Below are positions 49,738 to 63,700 of a stretch of 64,000 bases of DNA, in pieces. Source of the stretch: Dipteris shenzhenensis. Its lineage: Eukaryota. The notes under the pieces were generated by a model, which had not been told where the DNA came from, ran no database searches, and was given only the letters and a program-made list of their open reading frames with translations. Made by a program: the position numbers and the translations under genes. Positions within the stretch are counted from its first letter, which is position 1, and each line of letters opens with the position of its first letter. Location of the stretch: NCBI GenBank assembly GCA_047967505.1, contig CM106538.1, one strand, 5' to 3'.

Positions 49738-52700
49738 CCTCAGATCGTGTGACTGCAATCGAAGTACGTGCACAGAGCTCTCAATAATGCATAAAAACGC
49801 ACTTGCAGGTTGTAATTCTCAAGGTCGCAAACGCCAGGCCTTCGGTTTTCGACCACCAATCGTCGAGTGTCGAGACGACTCCACACCATCTTCCACGACT
49901 GAAATTTGACGTCCGAGACCATGCATGATGCGCCTTCCGTTCTTCTTCTTCACTCTTGTTAATTATTTTTCTTCATCATCTTCTTGTTATCTTCATCAGC
50001 ATATTGAGGAGATGGTGCATGGCCATGATACTAGCAGCAACTTGCAAGTCGATAATTCAACTTCCCACTGACCATGTTGCATGATGCAGGTTCATCCTCG
50101 GACTTGCAAGTTGTTGGCACCATTCAACCCTTTTTTTCTAGGTGTTGTGATTGAATTCGTCTTCCACATGAGAAGAAGGTGCGGCAATGATACCAGCAAG
50201 CATATTTTACGAAGTGCTAATGATATTAACAAAAGGTTGATGAGCATCGGAGAAGTTCCCGGGAGGGCGAGAGGGCCGGATGAGTCGTGAGGACCAAAGA
50301 GGGAAGAGGGGACGGATGTTGACGATGAAACAGCAAGAAAGATTGACGGAAGTGTACTGATGCATGACTGGAGGCAGGAAAAAGGGAAATGGACAAATGG
50401 AGAATTGGAACTTTGGCTGGCATGCAGATTTTCGAGAGAGCTTGAAATGTGCACATAACAGTAACCAAACAGTTAGAGCTTTGCAAGTATTCAATTGTGG
50501 GCTTACGCTCCCTCATATTATATACTTGTGTGCTCTGTATTGCCTCCCTCTTTTGGCTCCTTGTTACACAACCTTACACATCATGCAATGCAAAATTGCT
50601 TCTCATAGGTGTCTGTGCCTCATTTTTTGGCTCTTATATTATGTCATACTACACCACACCCTTACACATAATGCAATGAAAAATTGCTTATTGGTGTTTG
50701 TGTATGAACCTTTTCGAGAAGCCCCCTCGATATCCCCACCTCGTTAGTACCCTTCCATGTGGGCCTCTCTTAATTTTCAGTTTTCTCATGTCGCCCCTCT
50801 CTTTAAACTATCCCACAAAAAACTGCATTCCTACAAGTGTACATACCTACAATCATGCGTGCCTAACCCGCACCCCACACTGTCATAGATTTTGCTTGTG
50901 AAAGAATATACCCTTGGCCCTCCTTGACCTCAACTCCCTGCAAGTCAAACGCCTGTTCTTGTTATGCATCCCTTGCCTTACCCCTACTCCCCATCTCGTT
51001 CAAATCCACATTTTGCCAACCTTTTCTAACATCAATGGACTTTTGACATTTTAAGGAGGAAAAGCTCCTCTTTAGTCCCTCTTACTCAGTGTCCTTCCCC
51101 TCGACCAGAGTCCTAAAAGTTCCATATCCTCCACTTCCTTTTTAAAAAGGCTCATTTTTTAAAAGCAATTGTTTAGCATTTCTCAGAGAATGCCCATCTC
51201 TTTCAAGAGTTTTTAAAACTTGCCACCAATAGTTTTTGTTTTTGCTGCTTCTTCCCATCAACTTGAGCGATGGCCCTTGCCTCCCCCTTTGGGTCTTGCC
51301 CCCTCATCTATCACCATGCACTCTTTTAACCATGCACTTGTCCTCCACAATTGCTGATTCAACTACACCATTCATGATTACATGACCTCGTGCTCTACTT
51401 CTTGTGCTTGTACACTTCGTTCTTTTACCTTATTCTTAGTATGAGTGTCACCTTTTAATTTTCCCACTCACTTTAAGAAGTTGATTCCCTTCTTCATGCA
51501 ATTAATATGTAGGAGAGGGAAGAGTGCACCATGTTTTATATAGATAGAAATAAGTATATAACCATATATCACTACACATTTAAATGTCAAAACAATAGTG
51601 ACATCATGTTTTAATCTACAATTGCTCTAGCCATCATAGAACAAGGTCCCCATGCCTTGCAAACTCAACTCATTTTTCAAAAGGTAATTCTACCTAACTC
51701 CTTAAAGTTCATAGACATCACTCCAAAAGAAATTTGCAAATTAATATTCTGTTTTACTAGCATATGCATCTAGTAGGTTCACATCCATCAATATCTTGTA
51801 AAGAATGACCTTGTCTGGAGGATTCGAAATGCCCTAGCATTTTCTAAGCTATAGAAACTCAATGTCCTCAAACATAAAACATTATTATGATTGTGTTTTT
51901 AAATTGTAAGTTCAAATTTCTTCATACCACCCAGTTGATTAAGTTAAACAACAAATAGTTATGAATCATATGGAAAGGAGATGCATAGCATTTAGAGATC
52001 CTAACAAAAGTATAGTTCCTTTGGGAATGCCGCTATTATTTCTTCAATTATAGTATGTCATAAAACCATTCTCCATAACCTTGTATAGAATCTAAAATCA
52101 CATTGAGAATAGAAGCTCTAATTATAACTTTCAAGTCTACATGTTTGAAGACTTTAGCAAAAGTGGTCCTTCTTTAAAAAGCATTATACAGTGATTGTGA
52201 TAAGTTATGGACCTAAAGCCTCACATTCTACACCTCCTTTTCATTCACAATATTGCTCACAATATTGCTATTGTCTCTATTTCTCTCTCTCTCTCTCTCT
52301 AGTTGGGGGGTACATAATATTAAAGTTAAAAATACTAGACAAGGCAACTTAAGTGACATTTGTTTTCAATATTGTTGTAAAGACCTATTATCTTTATCAT
52401 GATGAAAAATAATTAGAACCATATAGTGCACCTAGTATTAATAGGTCTCGTAAATCATCACTCCAGTTTATTGCATGCAAACAAACCAAAGAGCTAAAAA
52501 TAAGGTACTGGACCAAAACCTTTAGAATGATGGAATGTTGGGTCATGATATATGCATTAACTATCATTAAGTTGGCAATGGGAAAAAACAATTAACTAGG
52601 AAAAACTAAATAAGCAATCATAATGCATGATACGAAGTCAGGCTAAATGATGGAAAAGACATGAACATGCCCTATCTTTAAGAAAGAATCGCGTTGCAAT

Positions 52701-53749
52701 CATCACAATGTAATTGTGATTCTTAGGAAAACACACTTTAACAATGAAAATCAAAAAGTAAATGTACACTTAATGACATATTTTAAGGCATGATCATGAT
52801 GAACATTGCTAAGCAAAGAAAATGAAGAGAATCTAGGAAGTTTACAAATGGGGAAAACATTAAGGGAAAGATACACAACTAGGTATGTTGGTCCGCCAAT
52901 CAAATTTATTCTTATTTTCTTTATACAAATGAAATAGAAGTGTAAACTCTTGTAGATATCATGAAATCCAAGCTTTTACAAAAACTATAGTACAATGATA
53001 ATATTAAGCTCCATAATATACACTTGTAAGCTCAATTTTAGTACCTTCCAATTTGTAAGCTAAGTAAATAGCACTATTGCTACATAAAGAAACCCACATG
53101 TACGTTGCCATAGTCAAGCTAGAGCTATAAAGTGAATTGTATAAGACAGTGTCAATTTGCAAGTTAGAGTCATAAAATTAATGAATAGGACCTTGTCTTA
53201 CTTCATGGTCAACCTACATGTTGGTTAGGTTCCTCACCCTTTCTATCCTTTATGAAAAGTTATTCGATTTAAGAATTTATTATATTAAACATGGATGCAC
53301 AACAACACAAAGCAACTATAGATGCGCTTGGTAGACGCGTAAAATAGCGGGCGCGTCTATAGGCGTTGCTTTAGTAGAGGAATTACGAGCGCGTCTAAAA
53401 GTGCATCTAACAACTCGTCTATTTGCACGTTTAAACTAAGAAAATATAGGCCCGTCTAACATCGCGTTTATCAGCGCGTCTATTTGTGTGTGTATTAGCG
53501 CATTTATTTACACATTTACACTGGGAATTAGATGTGCATTTAGACGCATAGATAGATGCAAACTAGAGAATACAGAAAGTGAGATTTTGGTGTACATCAT
53601 TGCTTTCCAAACATTGCCCATGATTACCAAAGCACATAATTTTAACAAAAACATCAATGCTTTTTTGCAAGCCCACATATACAAGAATTAAGTGAGGTGA
53701 GGAGAATGAGACAATATGTAAAATAGTTTTGCCAATATCAATGATGGGG

Positions 53750-56700
53750 CTACGGTTCAATCTCATCCTCAATGAGATCAACCCTTGCCAAACTATCTAC
53801 TTCAAAATCCAAACAAGTATTTAGATCTATAAATACATTCAACCCACTACTACTTGTGCTACTCATGTGCTCATCGAAATCAGCATCACCAATGGTAGGC
53901 TCGTCCTCACGGGTAATGGCCTCAATATCTATATCTCCTATCTCATGATCATCCTCCTCTCTCGTATCATGGTCATCATCACATCCATGGCCATGATCAT
54001 CCTCCATATGCTCCATATTAGTAAATGTACTATACATCACTTTGGAACGTGGCATAATAGGTATGACATGCCACCATCTATTATTATCCACCATTGGTTG
54101 ATAGACAACCTAATTCAAACACAAATACAATCATGTTAGTTTTCTTGCATCAAATATTTAAAAGCGAGTATTTTTATATGTGTGCACAGTACCTGTTCAC
54201 ATTGTTGTGGTAGTACTAGTGTGTCCTTCCTACTTTGCCAAAACTTTGTGGAGTCAATAGTTACAAAGCCACTTGCATGGCGTTTGATTGTTGCATTAGG
54301 GCCTCTTTCCACCATGTCCTTAAACCACTTTACATCCAAAACATACACAAAGAAGCGTCGAAAGTCAAGCTTAATAATATCTTGGATTATGCCACACTAA
54401 TCATCCATGGCTCTATTGGCTCCCTCAAAGCTAGCAATGATGCCGCAATCTTGTGTGTTTCTCTTATCATCAATCCGCTGTGTTCGAAAATGCTTGCCGG
54501 CCTCACACCATATAGCATTGAACATAGTGCACTACACCAAGAAAAAATCAATTAAATAAGCAATCTAAATTATTGAAAGCTCCTAACTTATGCATAACAT
54601 TCTATATACCGACCTTGCTCATGCATCCCCTAGCATACTCCCATTCTTCCATTGTGATATGCATCCCCTCGTCTTTCTCTGCTTTCTCCATTTCATCAAG
54701 TAGCCAATCCATATGAATATGCTTTGGAAGTGCTCTTAGATACTGAGGGTATGGCACACGAGATCCGTGGTGTATATGAAAGAGGGCCCTTTCTTCTTAT
54801 CTTCTTGCCTTTGCATCCTCGTATCTTATCACCCATCTTTTCATCACATCACTATTAAGCACGCAAAAGAGGTTGATACTATTATGCAACTCCGTGTCTA
54901 TTACTTTGTTGCGTCCTTTCCCTTGAGGCACAATAGAGGTCATCCTTAGGTCTTCATCATCTCTCCATAGTCATGGGAGAGAGCTATCCACATCAACAAG
55001 AAACTCAGAAATATATACAAGTGACTCTTGTACCAACCAACCCTCGGCCATGCTACCTTCGGGTCTTGCATTTTGTCTCACAAAGTCCTTCAAGGTCTTC
55101 ATGAAGCACTCGAGGAAGAACAACCATCGTGCATGTATAGCACCGCATATAGCAATCTCATCCACCAAATGCACTATAAGATGTAGTTGGCTTGTGAGAA
55201 TAGAACGTGGAAATGTCTCCTCCACTAAACAAACCACCTCCACTGACATAACTCATGCATTCTCAAGCGTGGTGGGATCTATTTCCTTTGAGCTCACATA
55301 CCTAGAAATGAAAAAGTACAGCATATTAGCAATATGCATTCAAACTTGCATGGAGCATTGATACGCATCATATTTTGTATCATGTAAAGTACCTCACAAG
55401 CTCGCCCATCTTGTAAATACAATCTTTCACGTCCTTCGATGCACTATGTGAAATGCTAGTAGGTAGTATGAACTGAACCCATGAGGAGGTGGTTGATTAG
55501 TTGCTTATAATTATTCACTCACAAATTTGAAAGGAAAAAGATATTATGCACATAAAATACTTACTTGGAGCATCTTGTGCCCATCATGAGATTTCAAGTC
55601 ATATAATTGCTCTACACCTCTTTTCTTGCTCTTTGTAAAGGCTCCCTTCAAACACCTCATGCATCTAGTGGGAGTACGAATTGTAGTAATAGCGTGCTTC
55701 ACTGTCGCCATCTCTAGCTCTCCTCTAGCTTTGATAACATCCACGGTGCACGAGGTAGAAAAACACGCCCATTTGGTCTCTCTTATGGCCAAGCTTCACG
55801 CATCTTCCCTGTGGTACATAGATCCTCCCTTATGCCTATGGAATCTCGTGTCCCATTCAAATGATCCCAAATGGTAGATGCCACATTCTTGAAGATATGC
55901 ATGGGATCAAGTAGGTGATTGATCTTGAGGTGGGACCAATATGGTAAACGATAAAAGATGGAGTATCTAAACAAAATAAAGTGTTAGCGGGCAATCTTTA
56001 TTTCTAGCCAATATAGCACACAATAGTTACAAACCCTTACCAGCTCATGCCAAGTGGTGGAGGAGTCATGGAACCGTCCCAAATTCTCATCCAATCTCCC
56101 GTGGTGAGTGATTGTGGGAGGACTTCATTCCAAGGGGCAACATATCTAGGATGATCAGGTGGGAGAAATCGATGGTGATTCTCATAGATGACCTTATTCA
56201 ATGCATTTGCCCATGAGGCAACTAGCGAAGGACCACAAACAGAACATGCATGGTAACTTGATGTAGTGAGACCTGAACAATAGACGCAATTAAGAGTTGA
56301 AGGTGGGTTTAGGGTGCGACATCCTTTGCCTATTCATAATTAGAAGTGCAATGCTTACCTGAACACTCGCCATAGCCTGGGAAGTCATGCATCGTCCACA
56401 TCAAGATTGCTTTGCAGTTGAAGTCTCGTGATGAGTGAGGCCTGCTCACATCATGCACCTCGATACCTCTCCAAAGTATCTCTAGCTCATCAATCAAAGG
56501 CTCCAAATAAACATCAGGATTTTTGACTTTATGTTTCTCTAGAATTAGAAGGGATAGCAGAACATGTCCTTTCTTAATAGCCATAGAGGGTGGAAGATTA
56601 TAATTCACTAATATCACTGGCCATACATTGTAAGACATGCTTTTGAGGCCAAATGGGTTCACACCGTCCATACCCAATCCAAGTCTCAAGCTCCTAGGTT

Positions 56701-57532
56701 CTTCCTTGAAGCTTGGCCATGTGTCTTCAATATGCTTCCACGCAGGAGAGTCCACGGGAGTTCTCCACTTGCCATCGGTTGATCGATGGGAGGAATGCCA
56801 TGACATGAGCTCTGCAATAGATTTGCACTTGAACATATGTTGGATGCGAGGGATTATGGGAAAATGTCGCAGAACCTTATGAGGCACGTCCAAAGTTGAG
56901 ATCTGCTCTATATCTTGCCTCTCCATAAGTAGGACACTCTCTTGCATCCTTATGTAGTCCACCAAACAAAATGCAATCATTGACACATGCATGGATGCGC
57001 TTGTAATCTAATCCTCCAAGAGAGGTCACATGTTGCCTTGCCATATCTCTTGAGGTCGGTAATTTATTCTCCCTTGGAAGCATTTTACACAATAGCCTGC
57101 ACGTGAAGACCATAAATGAGGAAAAGCATTCGAGTAATTGACCCACTAGCATAATTCACCATGTTTGCAAAATAGACTTTAAAGCTTACTTGAGTAATGC
57201 ATTCAAACTTGCATTGCTCCATCCATAGATGGTTTGCAAGTTTGGTAACTCAAGGGAGGCACATAGAACAGAGAATGTGCACCCCTCAAACAGTGGAGTC
57301 GATGCTGTAGTAAAAAGATCATCCTGCTCCATTCTATCTTCCCTCCCTTGATGGACATATAAATCCCGCACCATATCATCAAACACCTCCTCTTCCATGG
57401 CTTCATGAGGTAATGGCAGAGGGCTACTATCACCATCACTCCATGCATCCGTAACGGTCCCTCTTGAAGGTCCCACCTCATATCGCCGACACTTTGCCTC
57501 CTCATGGCGAGCATAGAGCTCAGGGGGATCAC
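53750..57532 (-). pseudogene. CACTA TnpD/Tnp2-type transposase (Transposase_21, DUF4218- and DUF4216-like regions), multi-intron, frameshifted
   Basis: Motifs: IHACVNDCILF, LRHFPIIPRI, DSPAWKHIE..WPSF..EPRSLRLGL..DGVNPFG, YNLPP, DVYLEPLIDEL, TMHDFPGYG, LPYW..L...H.LDPMHIFKNV, LKSHD, HLIVHL, ARPEGSMAEG, LPQQCEQV. Frameshift near 56900. Confidence 0.9.
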
Positions 57533-58840
57533 TACATATAAACTCTATATATCACGTGCGTTCAAGGCCTATTTGTAAAACCCCTTATCTGTAAATTTAT
57601 CATCAATAAAAAAGACCCTTTTTCTATTCAATCTATGAATACCCCCTATGAAAAATATGCAAAAATGGGATTAAAAAAACACCTTCTGTTGAACCCACGT
57701 GCTACACTTACATATTCATCAGTGACCCCCCCGAGGCATAGGGCAACATATGCGGGTGTGGCACTGCATCCTGTATCAAATTAAAATGAGATCATAACTC
57801 AAACATATGAACACCCATAGGTATCTCAATCAACCTTAACTTACAAACCCTTATCCTGTTTACGGTCACATTCCATTCTCCATACTTTGAGATGTGATTG
57901 AGTGTAATCTTGCATGAACGATACATGTTTCCTCGACATCGATCACACATACATTTGATTTTTTACTCCAACCACATTTCACGATGGTAGATACGGAGGG
58001 ATTCATCCTCACTGGAGCTACTTGTTGAAGATGAAGACATCTTACAAACAAACAATCCAAAAAAATTTGCTCTTCTTCAAATGTTTAATTTTAAACTCTG
58101 CGGCACGTCTAAAAGTGCGTTTAAAAGCGTGTCTAAAACCGCATCTACTCTATGTATTTAGACGTGCCTATAGATGCGCTTTTAGATGTGCCTATAGATG
58201 CGGCTTTTAAACCTGCTTTTAGCGCGCTCGCTTTGCTTTTCTTTACATTACTTATACTTCGTGCAGCTTGCTTGCTTCCTTATTAGCAGATCCACAGTTT
58301 CGACGCTTAAGAGGAAGGCTCCCACACTTACTTCCAAGCTTACACTTAAGAGGAAGGCACCCACACTTACTTCCAAGCTTAAAGGAGAGGAGGGCGAACA
58401 AGGAGGAGAAGCAACTTTGAAAAAGGAGAAGAACCTTCCATACCTCTATCCAAGGTAAGTCTTTTTGCAATTGATCTTTTTTGGAAGTTTGCTCTCTTTG
58501 GATTTGTACTTTCTCGTATCCAAAAAATGCATGATCTGGATATCAGTGTCACGTTTGTGTGTCGGGCGCAATGTCCCTTTCTACTTTTTAGAAAAGTGCG
58601 TCTATCAGAGCGCGTCTATAGGCACGTCTCAGAGCGTGTCTAAAATGGCATCTACAGGCACGTCTAAACGCACATCTAGCCTGTTTGCAGACACAGACAG
58701 CCGCGTCTATAGACATGCTGTTATATGCAAAAATAGACGTGCTAATTAGATGCGTCTATAGATGCGCTCTGACAGTAATCCTCTCTTCCCTTCCCCTTTC
58801 TTCTCAGCTCATCAGTAATAGATTTTTTTTCTTTTTTCCA

Positions 58841-60720
58841 GTTTAACATGTGGCTAGGAAGCGCTTCCAGCTCACCTGATCCCCGAGATTTTATTTGGAG
58901 GGACTTATATAACCTTTTAGGGCACCCTCCTAGTCCTGCGGAGTTATATGGGTATATGACGGGTACTCTAAACACCCCCCAGGAGTCGGCACTATAGAAT
59001 CCAAACCATACTACGGTACATACATCCTCTCATTGTTCCTAACAGACGTCTCCATTAGTGTCTCTTATTGTATAGATTTATTTCACCTTACTTCGGACTT
59101 CACTTATGCTTTGTGTGCTTCCTCAATTAGCATAGTTGGCAACTATGTATGTATTCTCTCTAGTTACATGAGCAACTTGGTGTGGCATGGCTTCTACTCG
59201 TATTTGGCTTTGCCCATCTTTGCCAACTCTTTAACTAATATCTGCTATGAAGTGACCGACCAGTTGGACTATCCTAACATATTTTATTGAGCAGAGCTAG
59301 TCTTTGGAGGAATCTGCTAGTTTTATACGTACTTTCATGAACATTGTTCCAAGTTAAGATTTACATTTTTTCTATAGAGATATAGTTAAAAGAAAATGTT
59401 TTGTCTTCTCTCTAATTGTTGGCTAGAAGTCTATAACTGTTTATAAAATCTGATGATCACACACCAGTTGAGATCACCCCAGCGGAGTCAGCACAACCTA
59501 GCCAACTACACAGCGCAGGCCCATCTCCCATGCATCTTATGCCCCTTCCCCCATGCCATCTTATGCCCCTTCCCCCATGCCGTCAGGAGGTCCTTCTGTC
59601 TTGTAGAGCCGTCGATGTACTCCTGTGCAGTCGAGACTCGGTTCTCCAGCTACGAGTGGTCAGCATAGTCCCGTGCAGTCTCTAGCTACGAGTGGCCAGC
59701 GTACGAGCTTGACACAACACGGTAGTAGGTGTAGTAGGAGGAAGAGCGGTGGGGGATGCATGGCACAGTGCTTTGGGAGGGGTGGCAGTGGGGACGATGA
59801 TGATTCAGATGATTTAGACGTGCCTCCAGGTGATGGTACGATATTCTATGACATCACTCAGACAGGAGGCATCTTGATGGATGCATGGGGGAAGGACATC
59901 ATGGTTTTCATGCGCTCTGTAATTGCTAACAATTACAGAGATTGCTTTATCCACTTCAAAGATCAGCCAAAGAGGTTGGCTGATGAGACCCTCGCTGTTG
60001 TTCGCTCTAGGTATCCTAACCCCCCCAATCGCCAGTTCACAGATAAATGGGCCAAGTCAAAGATTGTTACGATACTTGGCAACAAAAAATCTTCACTTAA
60101 GAGGCAGGCACTAGCGGAGCTTGCTAGGCTCGAGGGAGGTCAACCACCAAGGAGCCTGCCCCACACCGCTCACAAGCGTGAGTGGAAGAAAGCAATGAAG
60201 TCAGCGAGGGAGGACCCCAGTCTGTAGCACGTGGAGGCACGAAGGATCCAAATGGAGGAATATGGAAGCACGCATTTTGGAGCAGGGGGTGTTGAATCAT
60301 GGGAGGCCCAATTTGTAAGTATCGATCTCAAATTATATTGCTTATGTAGTTTATTAGGAGGTTGTTTCTTTGTACTAATCCCTTCGCAAATTGTGTCGTC
60401 TTGCAGCTTGAGATCGTGGGCAGATACCCTACTCCTGTGGAGACAGCCTACCACCGCCACCATCGCAGAGGAGATACATGGAGGCACTTCTATGATGACG
60501 GGTTGATTACTAAGGAGCAGTATACCCGGGCTAATGGAGCGGCCCCCGAGGTATTTGAAAGTAATTAAATAATGCCAAAATTATAAGTAAAGATTTGATT
60601 TTTCATACATTGATATATGTTGGCCCTTGTTTACAGGCCCATGCACAAGATGACGAGGAAGACGAGGAAGGAGGTGCAGAAGGGAGCGCAAAAGGGAGCG
60701 TGGAAGGCAGCGAGGATTAG
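58841..60720 (+). pseudogene. CACTA second gene (TnpA/Transposase_24-like), spliced, with in-frame stop
   Basis: Main ORF 59625-60227 continues in frame past a TAG to 60314. Introns 60315-60406 and 60551-60636 (GT-AG), ending in an acidic tail with TAG at 60720. REWKKAM...THFGAGG...GRYPTPVE..YH loosely matches the W...H..G..S...G..P...E pattern of En/Spm ORF2 proteins. Homologous copy at ~30380-31350. Upstream exon ~58841-59015 is inferred. Confidence 0.6.
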
Positions 60721-63700
60721 TCGTAGAAGTAGTGCTAGCTACTCTTTTTTGTACTTAAAGCCACTGGCTTGGTTTCGTGCCTCTTGTATATACACTCCTC
60801 TTATTTTTTGTACTTGAAGCCACATGACGTGGCTTAGCTTCGTGCTATATGTACATACAAGCACTTTTTGAGCTTTCAATTTTATTGCGTTTTGGAGTTG
60901 TAATGTTTTATTTGGAATTGTAATTAAAATGCGGTTGGCTGTAAGAATTGAATTACACAATATGGAAATGGGATTCTTGTAACTATATAGCATACACAAC
61001 ATACACAGCATTCTGTAAATTAAAAAAATAAAATAAAACGCGTCTATAAATGTGTCTATATACGCGTCTGTCTATTTGACAAGCATTTATTTTTGTGTCT
61101 ATAAATGCGTTTATTTAAGCATCTAAATGCGTGTCTATATGCACGTGTGTCTGCTATATAGACGCACTGGTAGACATGGGTATCCAGATGCAAAAATAGA
61201 CACACAAATAGACGCGCCTGTAAGTTTTTTATTTAGTTCAGTAAACGCGTCTGTGTCCACGTCTATGGGTGCTTTGTCTTGTTGTGATGCATGCTCATCC
61301 CTAGGTACTTTGAGAATTTGAACCAAGGGAATACTTTTGTTAAGACAATTAGATGAAGATCATTGAAACCTTTCAAAGTCTCTTTTAATGTAGAGAGAAT
61401 CTCCTTGCTTTGAGGACTATATGGTTCAGTACCAAGTCACTAATCTCCCTCCGTCTTGTACCCCTATCTCCAAGAGCTCATGAAGCATCGAATGAACACA
61501 ATATTTCCAAAGATATAAAAGTACAAATTGGACACTCATGAGGTCAAAATTCAACAAGATTTTTTGCTATAAGATTTGGTCCTCGACATATATGAATCTA
61601 GACTTATCTCCTATAATGCCAACCTCATAGTTGGACTGCACCTTTCCAGCTCCAAACTCTACCCAAATGGAATGCAGTGATCTCAACACATGGGCCTTTA
61701 CATCTATTAGAATTGTCCTAAGCTTCATTATTTCTTTCCTCATGACCTAGATATAGTGGGCACTCATTCAAATTCCCTAAGTCATGGTGGTGTCAACTAG
61801 AACCAGCCTCCTCAACATGTCTCCCAAGCGTAAGCATTGACGGCTACTAGCTAAAGAGGTCCTTGAGCCACAATGCACATCATTAGCCAAACAAAGAACT
61901 TTGCAAGTGGCAATCACTCTAGATAAAAGAGAACATAAGGATTTGCAATTCAAAGAATGAAAGAGGCAAAACCACAAACTAATTCATTTTTTTTGGATTT
62001 ACCATATCCATGTACATGTGAACCTTTAAAGAAGCAAGCACTTAAGTCATCATAGCCATGCCTAAAAAGGAAGCTTGATTGTTACTGAAAGGTAGACTGT
62101 GGTTCTATAGTATTGAATGTGTTTTTGGTTTAGCAGAATGCAGAGGGCATGTACAGCCCCCATGAAAATTCCCAAATCTGCATCCCAATGGGCCATCACT
62201 AAGGTACACTACCATTTTCTTCTACTAACCAAAGTTAAATTCTAGTATTAATCCTTTCTTGTGTCTATCTATGATCCTTCGATTTTCAAAGAAAAAATAG
62301 AATTTTGGAGGTGGATTAGACCTCTATCATTGATTGTCTTCCTTGATTGTTGGAGATTTTAACCACAAAGATTGTCTTACGGAATGGTCAAATATTATAT
62401 CTAACTTCAATCTTATTAAGCTAGATGACCTTGGATCACTTAGTGTTGCTACTTGGATGAGGACGAAGAGCCCCAATTGTAGATAGTAAGCGAAGTTGGA
62501 TAAAATTTGGTTACTTGGATTACTTGGATGAGGTAGAAGACCTTGGAAAAAATGGATGGCCCCTGCCTTGAGAAGTAAAGCATAAAGGCCAAGCCATAAC
62601 ACCGCTAAAATATTACATGATCTTATAAGACAAAGATATTTTAAATAATTAAAGGGATTGAAGCTTAGCCCTGATGCTCCATAACTCATAGCTCAATGTT
62701 GAGCCAAAAGTCTAGCATAAAGGCCTAGCCATAATCCTTAGGGAAAACTTGTGGCAAATAGAAGGATTGCAAATTCACCATAATGCCCCACAAATCCTAG
62801 CCCATAATCCCTTAGAAAATTACGTGTCTTTAGCGATACATGTTGCTTGGCTACAAGTTTACAGCTCACATATAGCATGTTAATCAAAATGACGATGGAC
62901 TCTTCCCTACCAATCCTCCATGTTTTTGAATGTTACCTTCCTTGATGCTAGCTTGGCCTCCAAGGCTACAATTGCTGGCATAACTTCCTACAAACATGCC
63001 CGGATAAACATTCGTGCAGTGTCTACCCCTCCATGACCACTAATTCAAACACAAAAAAGGGCAAACTATAAAAAAAATTGATATGCATTACCTTGCAGGT
63101 GTGAACCTCAATTATATGTGAAATACTTTGCATAGTAGCTTAAGTTGCATTTTTGCATCCCAAACGTCTTCCATTAGGAAGCTTTCAAGACACAGTAGTA
63201 GGGTTGATGAGATCTTCAAGTGAGGGAGATTGATGGGCATGGGAGCAAGGTTGATATACTGAATGGCCCTGAGGATGTAGCAAGATGCTCAGTTTTGGGG
63301 GAAATGGGGTCATTTTCAAATAAATTTGGGGTTTTCCCCCAAATTCTATTTTCCTGCCTCTCCCTTCCCTTCCCCCTTAGGCACAATGTACAAAAGATTT
63401 ATTAACCTCAACTAAGCTTCACACTTAGGCACAAAAAGGGGGGCGACTTTAGGACCGGGTCATCTTGATAGATTTTACTACTCAAGTGAAGGTTGGTGGA
63501 TGAAGGCTCCAATGGGGGGGAACGTTGATTGCTAGCTCGGGGATTTCAAATCATGCCCCTCTAATGTGGACCTTTTCCATTCCCTTGCATATTGGGAGGT
63601 CCCTAGATGTGCCATTTAAATTTGTTAATAGGGTGCTATAGAATAAGAAATTTTGCCGGAAGATCAAAGCAATGTGGAAGGAAAGCACGCATATCGTGGT

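Larger units (their letters stand above)
53298..61286. mobile_element. Full-length En/Spm (CACTA-superfamily) DNA transposon with CACAA termini
   Basis: Left TIR CACAACAACACAAAGCAACTATAGA; right TIR read on minus CACAACAAGACAAAGCACCCATAGA. 3-bp TSD ATG on both sides. Dense subterminal TAGACGC/GCGTCTA repeats. Internal TnpD-type transposase. Confidence 0.92.
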
